A stretch of 64,000 nucleotides of DNA from Anaerolineaceae bacterium (GTDB taxonomy: Bacteria > Chloroflexota > Anaerolineae > Anaerolineales > Anaerolineaceae), in the NCBI GenBank assembly GCA_016936755.1, contig JAFGXF010000135.1, positions 28,323 through 92,322 on the forward strand, in the 5' to 3' direction. Positions 9,436 to 18,599 of this stretch are shown here, piece after piece; position 1 is the first letter of the stretch; each line of letters begins with the position of its first letter. The translations under genes and the position numbers were made by a program. The notes under the pieces were generated by a model. The model was given only the letters and a program-made list of their open reading frames with translations. It was not told the DNA's origin and did no database searches.

Positions 9436-10224
9436 TTGCCGATCATCACACTGTTGACCGATTTTGGGTCAAAGAATGGCTTTTCAGGTGTATTAAAGGG
9501 TGTTATTTGGAAAATTGCGCCGGGTGTGCAAATTGCTGACCTGACTCATGAGATTACTCCTCAAAATGTATTGGAAGGCTCGATTGCACTCTGGCGGGCA
9601 GCACCCTATTTCCCACCAGGGACAATCCATATGGCGGTTGTTGATCCCGGGGTTGGCACCTTACGCCGACCGATCGCTGCCCATATTGCAGACCACTTTT
9701 TTGTTGGCCCGGATAACGGCCTTTTCACTCCTCTGTTGGAACAGGCATATAGATTGGGCCAACCCGCAATCTTAATCCACCTGGATAAACCTCAATACTG
9801 GCTGCCGGTGGTGAGTAATACCTTCCACGGACGGGATATCTTTTCTCCAGTAGCTGCCCACCTGGCTTCAGGCATTGACCTGGAATTATTGGGTACACCC
9901 ATATTCGATCCGGTTAAACTTGAGTTACCGAGGCCAATTAAAGTGCAAAAAGGCTGGTGTGGCCAGGTATTATTGATTGATCATTTCGGCAATATCGCCA
10001 CCAACCTGAGCGGTGATCTGATCCAGGGGGAAAAGGACTTGGTGGTAACGATTGCAGGAAGGGGCATTCACAGATTGACAAACACATATGGAGAGAAACA
10101 AGCAGGTGATTTGATTGCACTGATTGATAGCGAGAATTTCATCGAAGTAGCCACTGTCAATGGCAATGCTGCAAGAACGCTTGGCGTAGTTGTGGGTGAT
10201 CCGGTGGAGTTGCATTTTCAATGA
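9436..10224 (+). CDS. SAM hydrolase / SAM hydroxide adenosyltransferase family protein (DUF62)
   Basis: Motifs ITLLTDFG..NGFSGVLKGVI, MAVVDPGVGT.RRPI, VGPDNGLFT, FHGRDIF.P. TTG start lies 3 nt after the HD gene stop. Confidence 0.85.
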   Translation: MPIITLLTDFGSKNGFSGVLKGVIWKIAPGVQIADLTHEITPQNVLEGSIALWRAAPYFPPGTIHMAVVDPGVGTLRRPIAAHIADHFFVGPDNGLFTPLLEQAYRLGQPAILIHLDKPQYWLPVVSNTFHGRDIFSPVAAHLASGIDLELLGTPIFDPVKLELPRPIKVQKGWCGQVLLIDHFGNIATNLSGDLIQGEKDLVVTIAGRGIHRLTNTYGEKQAGDLIALIDSENFIEVATVNGNAARTLGVVVGDPVELHFQ

Positions 10225-11846
10225 AAAACCCTGTACCACTGGTCGTACGTAACCTGAGTTTCAGATACCAGCGCCGGTCGGAATATGCATTAAGGAATGT
10301 GTCATTCGAAGTCCACCCCGGGCGTGTGATCCTGATTGCTGGTTCAAGTGGATGTGGAAAGACCACGTTAATGCGCTGTATTAACGGATTAATTCCGCAC
10401 ACTTACCATGGCGAGATGGAGGGTGTCATCAAGTTATTTGGCAAGAGTACAGAAAACATGGGCATGGCCGAGTTGTCATGTAATGTGGGAACACTCTTGC
10501 AGGATCCAGAGCGCCAGATCGTTTCCAGTTACGTCCAGACCGAGGTTGCTTTTGCGCTTGAAAATCAAAGTTTACCACGCGAGAAGATACTACCGCGTAT
10601 TGATGAGACTTTATCCAGAATTGGGATTCTGCACCTTCGTGATCGGGAAACGTTCTCATTATCGGGTGGTGAGAAACAAAAAGTAGCGCTGGCAGGGATA
10701 CTGATCGCCCGGCCACGAATCCTTTTACTGGATGAGCCCCTCGCCAGTCTGGATCCCGTATCAGCTCGGGAAGCGCTGCAGCTCTTTCGGCGACTGGCGG
10801 ATGAGGGTTTTTCCGTGTTGATTGTAGAGCACCGGGTGGACGATGTATTGGCGATAAATCCTGAAGAAGTCCTTTATATGGACCGGGGGCACCTTTTATA
10901 TTGTGGAGATGTGAGGGGATTAATGAAGGTTGTGGATTACCGCAGTATAAAATTACCAGCTGAAATCGTATTTAAACGGGCACGTAAAGACCCAATCATC
11001 CAGTTCAAACCAATTTTGCCACGTGCCTCACGTAAACAGTTGTTAACCTTTAAAAATGTAAATTTCCGTTATGGAGAAAACACTCCCCAGGTATTGCATG
11101 ATATCAACCTGAGTGTATATCCGGGAGATATCATTGCCATACTGGGACCCAATGGCGCCGGTAAAACGACTTTGGTTAAGCACACACTTGGTTTGTTGAA
11201 ACCAACTTCTGGACAGGTGCTGCTGGGAGAGAGCGATACCCAAAAATGCAGTGTCGCCCAGGCTGCTCATATAGTGGGATATGTATTTCAGAGTCCTTCC
11301 CAAATGCTTTTTGCTGACAGTGTCAGACAGGAATTGAGTTTTGGCCCGCGCAACCTGGGTATGCGACCGGCGGAAATCGTAAAAAATGTCGAATGGGCGA
11401 TCAAGACGGTAAGCCTGGAGGAGGAACTGGAAACCCCTCCATTGGCCTTGTCATTCGGACAGCAGAAAAGGATCAGCATTGCAGCTGTACTGGCCATGCG
11501 TTCGCGAATTTTGATGATGGATGAACCAACCGCAGGGCAGGATTATTGGAACTACACCGCTTTTATGGACGCAATCCTGCAGATGCCAGGGTACGAGGCG
11601 GTTCTGTTTATAACTCATGACATCGACCTGGCCATTATTTATGCCAACCGGGTCCTGCTGGTCTCAGATGGACGCGTTATTGCTGATGGCAAGCCAGAAA
11701 AAGTATTGGCTGAGGATGATATGCTTGCCAGAAGTCGGGTTCTTCCTTCGTCCTTATTGCGTCTTAATCAGAAGTATTTCCATGCAACCGGTCGATATTA
11801 TCGTGCAGAGACATTGGCACATCGAATTTATAACGACAATAACTGA
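10221..11846 (+). CDS. ECF transporter fused double ATPase (EcfA-EcfA')
   Basis: Two ABC cassettes: GSSGCGKTT/LSGGEKQK/LLLDEP and GPNGAGKTT/LSFGQQKR/LMMDEP. The start overlaps the DUF62 stop (ATGA). Confidence 0.9.
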   Translation: MKNPVPLVVRNLSFRYQRRSEYALRNVSFEVHPGRVILIAGSSGCGKTTLMRCINGLIPHTYHGEMEGVIKLFGKSTENMGMAELSCNVGTLLQDPERQIVSSYVQTEVAFALENQSLPREKILPRIDETLSRIGILHLRDRETFSLSGGEKQKVALAGILIARPRILLLDEPLASLDPVSAREALQLFRRLADEGFSVLIVEHRVDDVLAINPEEVLYMDRGHLLYCGDVRGLMKVVDYRSIKLPAEIVFKRARKDPIIQFKPILPRASRKQLLTFKNVNFRYGENTPQVLHDINLSVYPGDIIAILGPNGAGKTTLVKHTLGLLKPTSGQVLLGESDTQKCSVAQAAHIVGYVFQSPSQMLFADSVRQELSFGPRNLGMRPAEIVKNVEWAIKTVSLEEELETPPLALSFGQQKRISIAAVLAMRSRILMMDEPTAGQDYWNYTAFMDAILQMPGYEAVLFITHDIDLAIIYANRVLLVSDGRVIADGKPEKVLAEDDMLARSRVLPSSLLRLNQKYFHATGRYYRAETLAHRIYNDNN

Positions 11847-11898
11847 ATTGAGTTACTTGTGTTATTGTATTGAGATGAGATAGTGGGAAGGAGGTGTA

Positions 11899-11940
11899 AT
11901 GGGATTGGTATTTCGGGTAAGTGTGTGCGCATGGTTCTAA
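11899..11940 (+). CDS. candidate 13-codon leader ORF (MGLVFRVSVCAWF) upstream of the S component
   Basis: Strong SD AAGGAGG (11888-11894) lies 4 nt before the ATG. The ORF sits in the 118-nt gap between ecfAA' and the S-component gene. No homology evidence is possible. Confidence 0.3.
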   Translation: MGLVFRVSVCAWF

Positions 11941-11964
11941 TTATTTTATTTGTGGAGGATTCTA

Positions 11965-12525
11965 ATGGCTAAGAAAGAAAGTAAAAAATCATTGTGGAAG
12001 TTTGGCACGCGAGAAGTGGTCTTTGCTGCAATTGGCGCAGCCCTGTATGGTGTGTTTGCCTGGGCAACCAATGTGCTGCAGATCCCTGCAGCGGCCAATG
12101 TCTCGATCCGGCCGGGAGTGGTCATCCCAATGTTCTTCGGTGTCGCATTCGGCCCGATTGTTGGCTTCATTACCGGTTTTTTGGGTAATCTCCTGTCCGA
12201 TTGGTTCTCGGGATATGGATTCTGGCCGTGGTGGGATCTGGGCAATGGCCTGATGGGTTTGTTCCCCGGTCTGGTGGCCAACCAAATGACTACTTTTCGT
12301 GCTGCCAAGGATATCATCTTGGCTGAGGTGATGGCGCTGGTCGGTATCGTGGTTGGCATGGGTGTGGCTGCGATAAGTGAAATGTGGGTCTCGGGCATGA
12401 ATTTTATCACCGCAATTGCGGCCAATTTCATCCCGGCTTTCATATCCAATGCCATCAACGGATTGATCCTGTTGCCAATCATCATGGTGGCGTACTCTGC
12501 CATCGTTAAAAGATCGGGACGCTGA
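11965..12525 (+). CDS. ECF transporter substrate-specific (S) component, substrate unknown
   Basis: About 186 aa with 5-6 TM segments and Gly/Phe/Trp-rich helices. It sits between the ECF ATPase and the T component. I preferred ATG 11965 (GGAGG 6 nt upstream) over the track TTG at 11950. Confidence 0.7.
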   Translation: MAKKESKKSLWKFGTREVVFAAIGAALYGVFAWATNVLQIPAAANVSIRPGVVIPMFFGVAFGPIVGFITGFLGNLLSDWFSGYGFWPWWDLGNGLMGLFPGLVANQMTTFRAAKDIILAEVMALVGIVVGMGVAAISEMWVSGMNFITAIAANFIPAFISNAINGLILLPIIMVAYSAIVKRSGR

Positions 12526-12546
12526 TCCCTTTATAAATATTAATAT

Positions 12547-12578
12547 CTTCTCACCGGACTGTCTGGTCCGGTGAGAAG
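12547..12578 (+). promoter_or_regulatory. 13-bp perfect hairpin between the S and T genes, overlapping the ecfT SD
   Basis: CTTCTCACCGGAC-tgtctg-GTCCGGTGAGAAG. The 3' arm contains GAGAAGG, and the ecfT ATG is at 12588. No T-run follows. Confidence 0.55.
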
Positions 12579-12587
12579 GATAATGGA

Positions 12588-13475
12588 ATGCTGGTTCCGC
12601 TCACTTTTCGTCCGCATCATACCATCATCGAACGCTTTGATCCACGCGCGCGTTGGATCTTTTCGTTTTTGATGATGACCGCTATTGTCTATTATTGGGA
12701 TATTCGTTTCCTGTTATTCTTTTTCTTTATCAGCTTTACCCAGTACTTTTTGGCACATCTGACCTGGAAGGAAACCCGCCGGGGCTGGACTTTCATCATC
12801 ATTCTGATCAGCATGATGGTTTTGATTAATACGATCATCACCAGCGCCGGCACGATTGGGGCGGTGACACAGGGTGGTCATGATGTGTTCATCTGGAATG
12901 CCACTGTTCCATGGGTGGGTTGGAATATTCATTTTGGTCTGACAGCTGAACGACTCTGGTTCGGCTTTACCCAGATTGTGCGATTACTTGCGATTACCAG
13001 TATGTTCCTGGTTTTGCCCTTCACCATGGATCCGCGTTTGTACGGATCGACCTTTTCAGGCATGGGTCTGCCCGCCCGCCTGGCATACTCTTTCGACCTG
13101 GCTTTTCGCTTCATTCCCACCCTGGCAAGGGATTTCAATGTGACAATGGATGCCCAGAAGGCCAGGGGTTATGAGATGGATAAAGTGAAAGGGGGGTTGT
13201 TCAGCCAGGTCAAGAAAGTGGCGCCATTAATCATCCCGGTCACCATGAATGCCATCCTCAGTGGTGAAGATATCGCCGATGCCATGGACTTGCGGTGCTT
13301 TGACACAGGCAAGCGGACGTGGATCATTAAGCTGACCTATCGATGGTACGATTACGCGCTCATGATATTCAGCGGATGTGTCTTGATTTCAACGCTCATC
13401 ATCAATCATGGATTAAATTTGGGGAATTTTTGGATGCCGGATTGGTTCCTGGGTTTGTTCCACAACATCAAATGA
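12588..13475 (+). CDS. ecfT: ECF transporter transmembrane (T) component, EcfT/CbiQ family
   Basis: 295 aa, multi-TM, with the coupling-helix region FIPTLARDF....AQKARGYEMD. Confidence 0.8.
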   Translation: MLVPLTFRPHHTIIERFDPRARWIFSFLMMTAIVYYWDIRFLLFFFFISFTQYFLAHLTWKETRRGWTFIIILISMMVLINTIITSAGTIGAVTQGGHDVFIWNATVPWVGWNIHFGLTAERLWFGFTQIVRLLAITSMFLVLPFTMDPRLYGSTFSGMGLPARLAYSFDLAFRFIPTLARDFNVTMDAQKARGYEMDKVKGGLFSQVKKVAPLIIPVTMNAILSGEDIADAMDLRCFDTGKRTWIIKLTYRWYDYALMIFSGCVLISTLIINHGLNLGNFWMPDWFLGLFHNIK

Positions 13476-13476
13476 G

Positions 13477-13506
13477 AATCCAGCCACTTTGAGAGAAGGC
13501 TGGATT
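13477..13506. terminator. hairpin between convergent genes
   Basis: AATCCAGCC-12 nt-GGCTGGATT. No clear T-run on either side. Confidence 0.35.
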
Positions 13507-13509
13507 GAA

Positions 13510-14334
13510 TCAATCGTTATCGAGATGTGCGTATTCTGGCGCGATTTGATCGATATGAGCCAGTTTTGGCAACATTAACCCAACCGGGACTACAACCTGG
13601 CCTTCCCTTTCATCGCCGTAAAGCATGACGCTTTGAGGGTTGGTTACTGCCAACCAGGCAGTGTATGCTGCCGCCAGGGCATCCAACTCAGCTGGAAGAT
13701 ACACTTCTTTTAATGGGAGGATGCCATTACGCAGGCGGTATCGGGTGACCTCCTCAAAAAAGCGCATAGGATCTGGAATATCAATGTCCTTGTCATTCAA
13801 CAGGAGTTGCCGCTGAAGCCTGCCTTCCAGGCTTTTCCGCGGCAGTGGTGGTTCTCCACAAAGCAGCGTGAAAGTAGCTTGAGTATATACTTCCATCAAT
13901 TGAAAGGGCCCTGATTCCTCCGGGTAATCCTGATAACCGAGAGACTTGAAACGATCAAATAATCTGAAACCATGCCGCATCCAGGCTGGACACAGCTCTT
14001 CACTGTTTGGCGTGACGGGATGCCCAAGATTGTGCTCGCGTAATTGGCGGTCAGCCATTCGACCTCTGACCTTCTTCACGGGGGATGTTTCTGGAAAAAA
14101 ACCGGCTTGCGGATTTATCTGAGGCAGGCTTAAACTTGGTCGTCTGGGTGAATTGATGGCTGTCACAGCTGTAGATTGCCCGCTGGCGTACGCTTTCAAA
14201 TCTTCAGCACTCCCCTGACTCAGGGCAAGCAGCTTCAGGTTCTGATCCAAAGCCGCATATGTCAGCAACCCCCGGCCTTTTCCAGGCTGAGGTGCGGGGT
14301 AAACGCCGATACAGACCATATGATCCAACATCAT
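13510..14334 (-). CDS. hypothetical protein, possibly DUF429 / RNase-H-fold family
   Basis: The N-terminal VCIGVY...G..LLTYAAL and C-terminal AELDALAAAYTAWL pattern resembles DUF429. Assignment is tentative. Confidence 0.4.
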   Translation of the reverse strand: MMLDHMVCIGVYPAPQPGKGRGLLTYAALDQNLKLLALSQGSAEDLKAYASGQSTAVTAINSPRRPSLSLPQINPQAGFFPETSPVKKVRGRMADRQLREHNLGHPVTPNSEELCPAWMRHGFRLFDRFKSLGYQDYPEESGPFQLMEVYTQATFTLLCGEPPLPRKSLEGRLQRQLLLNDKDIDIPDPMRFFEEVTRYRLRNGILPLKEVYLPAELDALAAAYTAWLAVTNPQSVMLYGDEREGQVVVPVGLMLPKLAHIDQIAPEYAHLDND

Positions 14335-14379
14335 TGATACAGTTTAGCGCAATTTAAGACCAAATGCAATTATTGGATT

Positions 14380-15909
14380 TCAGTCTGGTGGCATTAACGA
14401 ATTATCAGCAGATCTTTCTTGTCGTTTTCGTGTGGAACGAAAAAAGTGACGGGCTACCAGAAAGAGACTGACCAGCCAGGGAAGTCCCATGACCTCCAAT
14501 GTGAGCCACAATTCGCGAAATTGTGCTGCGGGAAGCGGGCGCACCCAGAGTAATGGTGGTGCAGATAACAGCGCCTTGGTTATGACAGCAAAGCTGGTCA
14601 TGTAGGTCAGAAAGGATAATCCAACCAATGGAAGAAGGGCAGCCATACCAATCAACCATACGACATACCACTGCTGAACCCACAGGCAGGTAACCAGCAG
14701 ATAAAAAAGCAGGATTGTAAGTGCTGCCCTTGGGTAACTCATCCAGTTGCGATCGCGGCTGGCCTGCCAGGAAAAAAAGAGGGTAGCTGAAATCGTAATA
14801 ACAGTAGCGATTGCACTAGTGGTTTGAGAAAGTGACACCAGGTCGATGTGATCACGCAGATGGGTATGTATGATGGCAGCAAGTGAAGTGGTATACATGT
14901 AAATACGAGATGACAGATCGATCGTTTTCCATCCAAACCAGAATGGCTGATAAGCAATAAAGACCAGCAGGGCTGTAGCCAAACCGGTTACAAGCATGTA
15001 ACGCAGCCTTTCCTTCCGGTTGGCCAGGCTAACCAGAGAGATGACAAGGGCGGCCGGGATCACCAGTAAAGTAACATATTTAAAAAGTGCACCGGTAACC
15101 AGTGCAATAATGACAAGCGTATGGCGGTGATTGATCATGAACCAGACGGATACCAGAAGACAGGCGCAGATCGTGATATCGTTGTGGCCGTGACCGAAGG
15201 TCTCATATAAAACCAGCGGGTTGCATGCAAATAGCCAGAGTCCATTGAGAACGCGGGTTGGATTTTGGCGACGAAGAATCAGCACAATAAAAACGATACT
15301 GGCCACGTAGAACAAGCCCACAAGCATCTTAAATGACAGCACGTTACCAATCACAGAGTTACCGCTCAAGCGCGCTGTCAGTGCACTGATCTGTAACCAG
15401 AATGGTCCATAGGGAGAGATGGAATTCACCCAACCGACATGAGGATAGAAGGGATCAAGGGGGAACAGAGAGGCTGTATCCCGATATGGATTGGCATCAT
15501 AGAAGGCCAGCATGCGACCATGCATAATGTAGTCGAACATATCCGCGGCATCATAGGGATTAAGGAAGAGCAACATGATCGATGAAAGCAAAGCTGAGCT
15601 GATGATGATTACCCAGACCATTCTTCCTTGTGCATGCCGGCTTGCCCAACCGCCAACAATATATGCAACTGCGAGAATCAGAAATCCGATCCGGTACAAC
15701 CAGAGTATGGACGGTTCATCCTGAACCATTAATTGCAGGTCATATTTGGGTATGGTGATGTCTGTTAGAAGGAATGCTGATTTGACAAAAATCAGGCTAT
15801 ACACAGCCGGGCAGATGCACCCTGCAATTGCCAACCCGACAATGGGAAGTTGTTTAATGGCGAAAACATGAATTACTGTTTTTCGCAACTTGGTTATCAA
15901 GAGTATCAA
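14380..15909 (-). CDS. polytopic membrane protein, GT-C-like glycosyltransferase candidate
   Basis: About 13 predicted TM helices and an acidic loop YDAADMFDY after the early helices. TTG start is uncertain. Confidence 0.4.
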   Translation of the reverse strand: MILLITKLRKTVIHVFAIKQLPIVGLAIAGCICPAVYSLIFVKSAFLLTDITIPKYDLQLMVQDEPSILWLYRIGFLILAVAYIVGGWASRHAQGRMVWVIIISSALLSSIMLLFLNPYDAADMFDYIMHGRMLAFYDANPYRDTASLFPLDPFYPHVGWVNSISPYGPFWLQISALTARLSGNSVIGNVLSFKMLVGLFYVASIVFIVLILRRQNPTRVLNGLWLFACNPLVLYETFGHGHNDITICACLLVSVWFMINHRHTLVIIALVTGALFKYVTLLVIPAALVISLVSLANRKERLRYMLVTGLATALLVFIAYQPFWFGWKTIDLSSRIYMYTTSLAAIIHTHLRDHIDLVSLSQTTSAIATVITISATLFFSWQASRDRNWMSYPRAALTILLFYLLVTCLWVQQWYVVWLIGMAALLPLVGLSFLTYMTSFAVITKALLSAPPLLWVRPLPAAQFRELWLTLEVMGLPWLVSLFLVARHFFRSTRKRQERSADNSLMPPD

Positions 15910-16045
15910 TGCAGCTCAAACAGCATCTGTGGTGTGTGGCCAATAAGATCCCGTTAATGATAAAGCGGATGATCTCATGACCATATATCCATAATCGATA
16001 CTTTAAGGTTTGTGTAAAGCCGCCTCCTTGGCTGATTATACTCTG

Positions 16046-16070
16046 TGAAAAAATGCCCGCATAAGCGGGT
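16046..16070 (-). terminator. intrinsic terminator (minus strand)
   Basis: Minus strand reads ACCCGC-ttat-GCGGGC followed by ATTTTTTC. Confidence 0.6.
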
Positions 16071-16147
16071 GTATTCAAATACAGCATGTGATAGTCTGCC
16101 TTCCGGACAGGGGTGGGGTGATCACATTCAGCGATTTTTGAGTGGTA

Positions 16148-16234
16148 TCACTCGTTGTCATCATCCAAACTGGCAAGACTCATGACGCCAAAAATCAGAC
16201 TCACAAAAGCTACAACAATATACACAATACCCAT
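16148..16234 (-). CDS. candidate 28-aa hydrophobic small protein (MGIVYIVVAFVSLIFGVMSLASLDDDNE)
   Basis: ATG is preceded by AAGGAAA at 7 nt. One TM helix with an acidic tail. Same strand as the DUF4190 genes and upstream of the terminator. Below the length cutoff of the ORF track. Confidence 0.35.
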   Translation of the reverse strand: MGIVYIVVAFVSLIFGVMSLASLDDDNE

Positions 16235-16387
16235 GATAATTTCCTTGCTTCTGGTTGATTGAGATAACTACTCTTAATATAAGTAACGCAAGGAGTTAAA
16301 GAAAGTTACACCAATGTATGCTGGGGAGATTACTTTAAAACAAGCCGGGGCATCCATAGATGCCCCGGTGAGATGTGTTGTGTTTGT

Positions 16388-16711
16388 TTACTGTTGCGGC
16401 AGATACTGATTGAGCATATTGAGGTCAAAATCACCAAGCAGCGGAGTCAAGAAAGCGCCTGCAATTGCATTAATCAGGCTAAGGATGATCCCAATTGCAG
16501 ACATGATGATACCGGCAATGGCCATGCTTTTGTTCGAGGTCTTCATACCGAGCACTCCCAGGATGATACCGGCGATGGCGATGGGACCACCACATATCGG
16601 CAGCAACCATGAGCACAAACTGAGAATGCCCAGCACAAGGGATGCGATTGCCAAACCGGGTTTACCTTGGGATGGTGCGGTTTCTACAACAGGGGGCAAT
16701 GATTCAGACAT
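16388..16711 (-). CDS. DUF4190-like small membrane protein (paralogue b)
   Basis: N-terminus SLPPVVETAPSQGKPGLAIASLVLGILS followed by Gly/Ile-rich TM helices. Confidence 0.65.
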   Translation of the reverse strand: MSESLPPVVETAPSQGKPGLAIASLVLGILSLCSWLLPICGGPIAIAGIILGVLGMKTSNKSMAIAGIIMSAIGIILSLINAIAGAFLTPLLGDFDLNMLNQYLPQQ

Positions 16712-16771
16712 TTGATTCTCTCCTTGATAGTAATATATATGTACTGGTTAATTCCTTGAGTAATTTGTCTT

Positions 16772-17107
16772 TTAATAGTTCAACTGATTCAAAAAATCCT
16801 GCCATTGAGATGGATCCTGTAATAAGGCAGTTCCCACGCCAGTCCAGAATATGATCGAAGCGGTTAATGCGCAAATGGAGAGTATGGATAATATCAACCC
16901 AGCAATGGCCAGCCCTTTTTTCGAACTCTTCAGACCAAGAATTCCGGTCACGATGCCAGCCAGGCAGGTCAAACCGAGGCAATAATTGACATAGGGCAAT
17001 CCACTGCCACACATACTGACAATACCCAGGATAAGAGAAGCAATACCGAGACCTGGTTTATCATTCGCAGGTGTTTCAACAATGGGGGGTAATGAGTCAA
17101 CAGTCAT
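16772..17107 (-). CDS. DUF4190-like small membrane protein (paralogue a)
   Basis: N-terminus SLPPIVETPANDKPGLGIASLILGIVS. Clear paralogue of 16388-16711. Confidence 0.65.
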   Translation of the reverse strand: MTVDSLPPIVETPANDKPGLGIASLILGIVSMCGSGLPYVNYCLGLTCLAGIVTGILGLKSSKKGLAIAGLILSILSICALTASIIFWTGVGTALLQDPSQWQDFLNQLNY

Positions 17108-17187
17108 AATATCCTCCTGGATTCATGAATAACACAGTATAGCGAAGATTTGCATTAATCACAAGGGAATTGCGAAAACCTAATCCC

Positions 17188-18519
17188 TTATTTTCCATCT
17201 CCAATGCCCAGTGGTTTCCATTTGGAATCATCTGACCGCAAGCGGTGAGTCTCTCCTCCGCGAATATGCAGTTGATCGAAGCCTTCCGGTTTTATGGTCA
17301 AGGCGTCCCCGTCCAGCAGTCCACTGATACCACTCTGACCGGGCTCCAAACGTTTATTCTGGCAGTACTTACAGGTTGTTGCATCATGCGGTTTGTAATC
17401 CTGCGGCTCTTCATAGGTTGTGATGAAACCCTCATAATTCCGCAGGACGATCTTGTGGTCAGATGAACTGATAAGATAGGTTGGCATGATCGGGATCTTC
17501 CCCCCACCTTCCGGGGCATCCACACAATAGGTGGGAACAGCAAAGCCGGATGTGTGACCGCGCAGTGCCTCGATGATCTGTAAGCCTTTGGCTACCGGTG
17601 TGCGGAAATGCCCAGCCCCTTCCACCAGATCGCACTGGTACAGGTAGTATGGTCTGACGCGAATCCTGACGAGATCCTGCACAAGTTTGCGCATGATGTG
17701 CGGGCAATCATTCACCCCGGCCAGTAAAACGGATTGGTTACCCAAGGGAATGCCGGCTCGAGACAGTTTATCAGTGGCTTCGGCCAACTCTGCGCTGATC
17801 TCATTGGGGTGATTCACATGGATGTTCAACCATAATGGGTGGAAGCGTTGCAGCATGTCAGTCAACTCACTGGTTACCCGTTGAGGCATGAAGACTGGAA
17901 CACGGGATCCGATGCGAATGATCTCGATATGTGGAATCTCGCGCAGCTTGGTAAGCAGTTCCTCCAATAATGATTGTGCCATGGTAAGGGGATCGCCGCC
18001 TGAAAGTAGCACATCGCGCACTTGGGGAGTTCGACGCAGATACTCAAGCTGCATTTCGAACTCGGCACGTGAAAAGGTTTCGGTTGGATCGCCGACAATA
18101 CGTGAGCGTGTGCAATATCGGCAATATGATGCACATTGCGTTGTGACCAGCATCAGAACCCGATCAGGGTACCGATGCACCAACCCGGGCACCGGGCTGT
18201 GGCGGTCTTCTGATAGCGAGTCAACCATCATACCGGTAAATGGCACGATCTCGCCTGCAGTCGGTATGACCTGTTTGCGAATGGGATCCTGAGGATCGTC
18301 AGGATCGATTAATGACACAAAGTAGGGCGTGATATCCACCCGGAAAAGATCATGCGTATTCAACGCGCGAAATTCGCTGTCGGTTAAATGCAAAACTTTA
18401 CCGATATCCTCAGCAGAATTCAAGCGATGGCTGAGTTGCCAGTGCCAGTCATCCCATTGTTTAGCGGGGATATCCTTATATAATGAAGCGCGTCGGGAGG
18501 GAAAGGTGTGTTCAGTCAT
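17188..18519 (-). CDS. kamA: L-lysine 2,3-aminomutase (radical SAM, PLP)
   Basis: 443 aa. Motifs CASYCRYCTRS (CxxxCxxC), LLSGGDPL, YYLYQCDLVEGAGHFRT. SD AAGGAAAG. Confidence 0.9.
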   Translation of the reverse strand: MTEHTFPSRRASLYKDIPAKQWDDWHWQLSHRLNSAEDIGKVLHLTDSEFRALNTHDLFRVDITPYFVSLIDPDDPQDPIRKQVIPTAGEIVPFTGMMVDSLSEDRHSPVPGLVHRYPDRVLMLVTTQCASYCRYCTRSRIVGDPTETFSRAEFEMQLEYLRRTPQVRDVLLSGGDPLTMAQSLLEELLTKLREIPHIEIIRIGSRVPVFMPQRVTSELTDMLQRFHPLWLNIHVNHPNEISAELAEATDKLSRAGIPLGNQSVLLAGVNDCPHIMRKLVQDLVRIRVRPYYLYQCDLVEGAGHFRTPVAKGLQIIEALRGHTSGFAVPTYCVDAPEGGGKIPIMPTYLISSSDHKIVLRNYEGFITTYEEPQDYKPHDATTCKYCQNKRLEPGQSGISGLLDGDALTIKPEGFDQLHIRGGETHRLRSDDSKWKPLGIGDGK

Positions 18520-18599
18520 GGACTTTCCTTAATTAATGGGAAGTTTAGTCAATGGTATATCAGGATTGTAAAGTATTGCGTAGGGTTGGTCAATGTTGG

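Noticed and set aside
11847-11964. A TPP, SAM or cobalamin riboswitch in front of the ECF S-component gene.
   Set aside because: There is no CUGAGA...ACCUGAUCUGGAUAAUGCCAGCG-type TPP core, and I could not see any other recognisable riboswitch core. This still needs cmscan to be certain.
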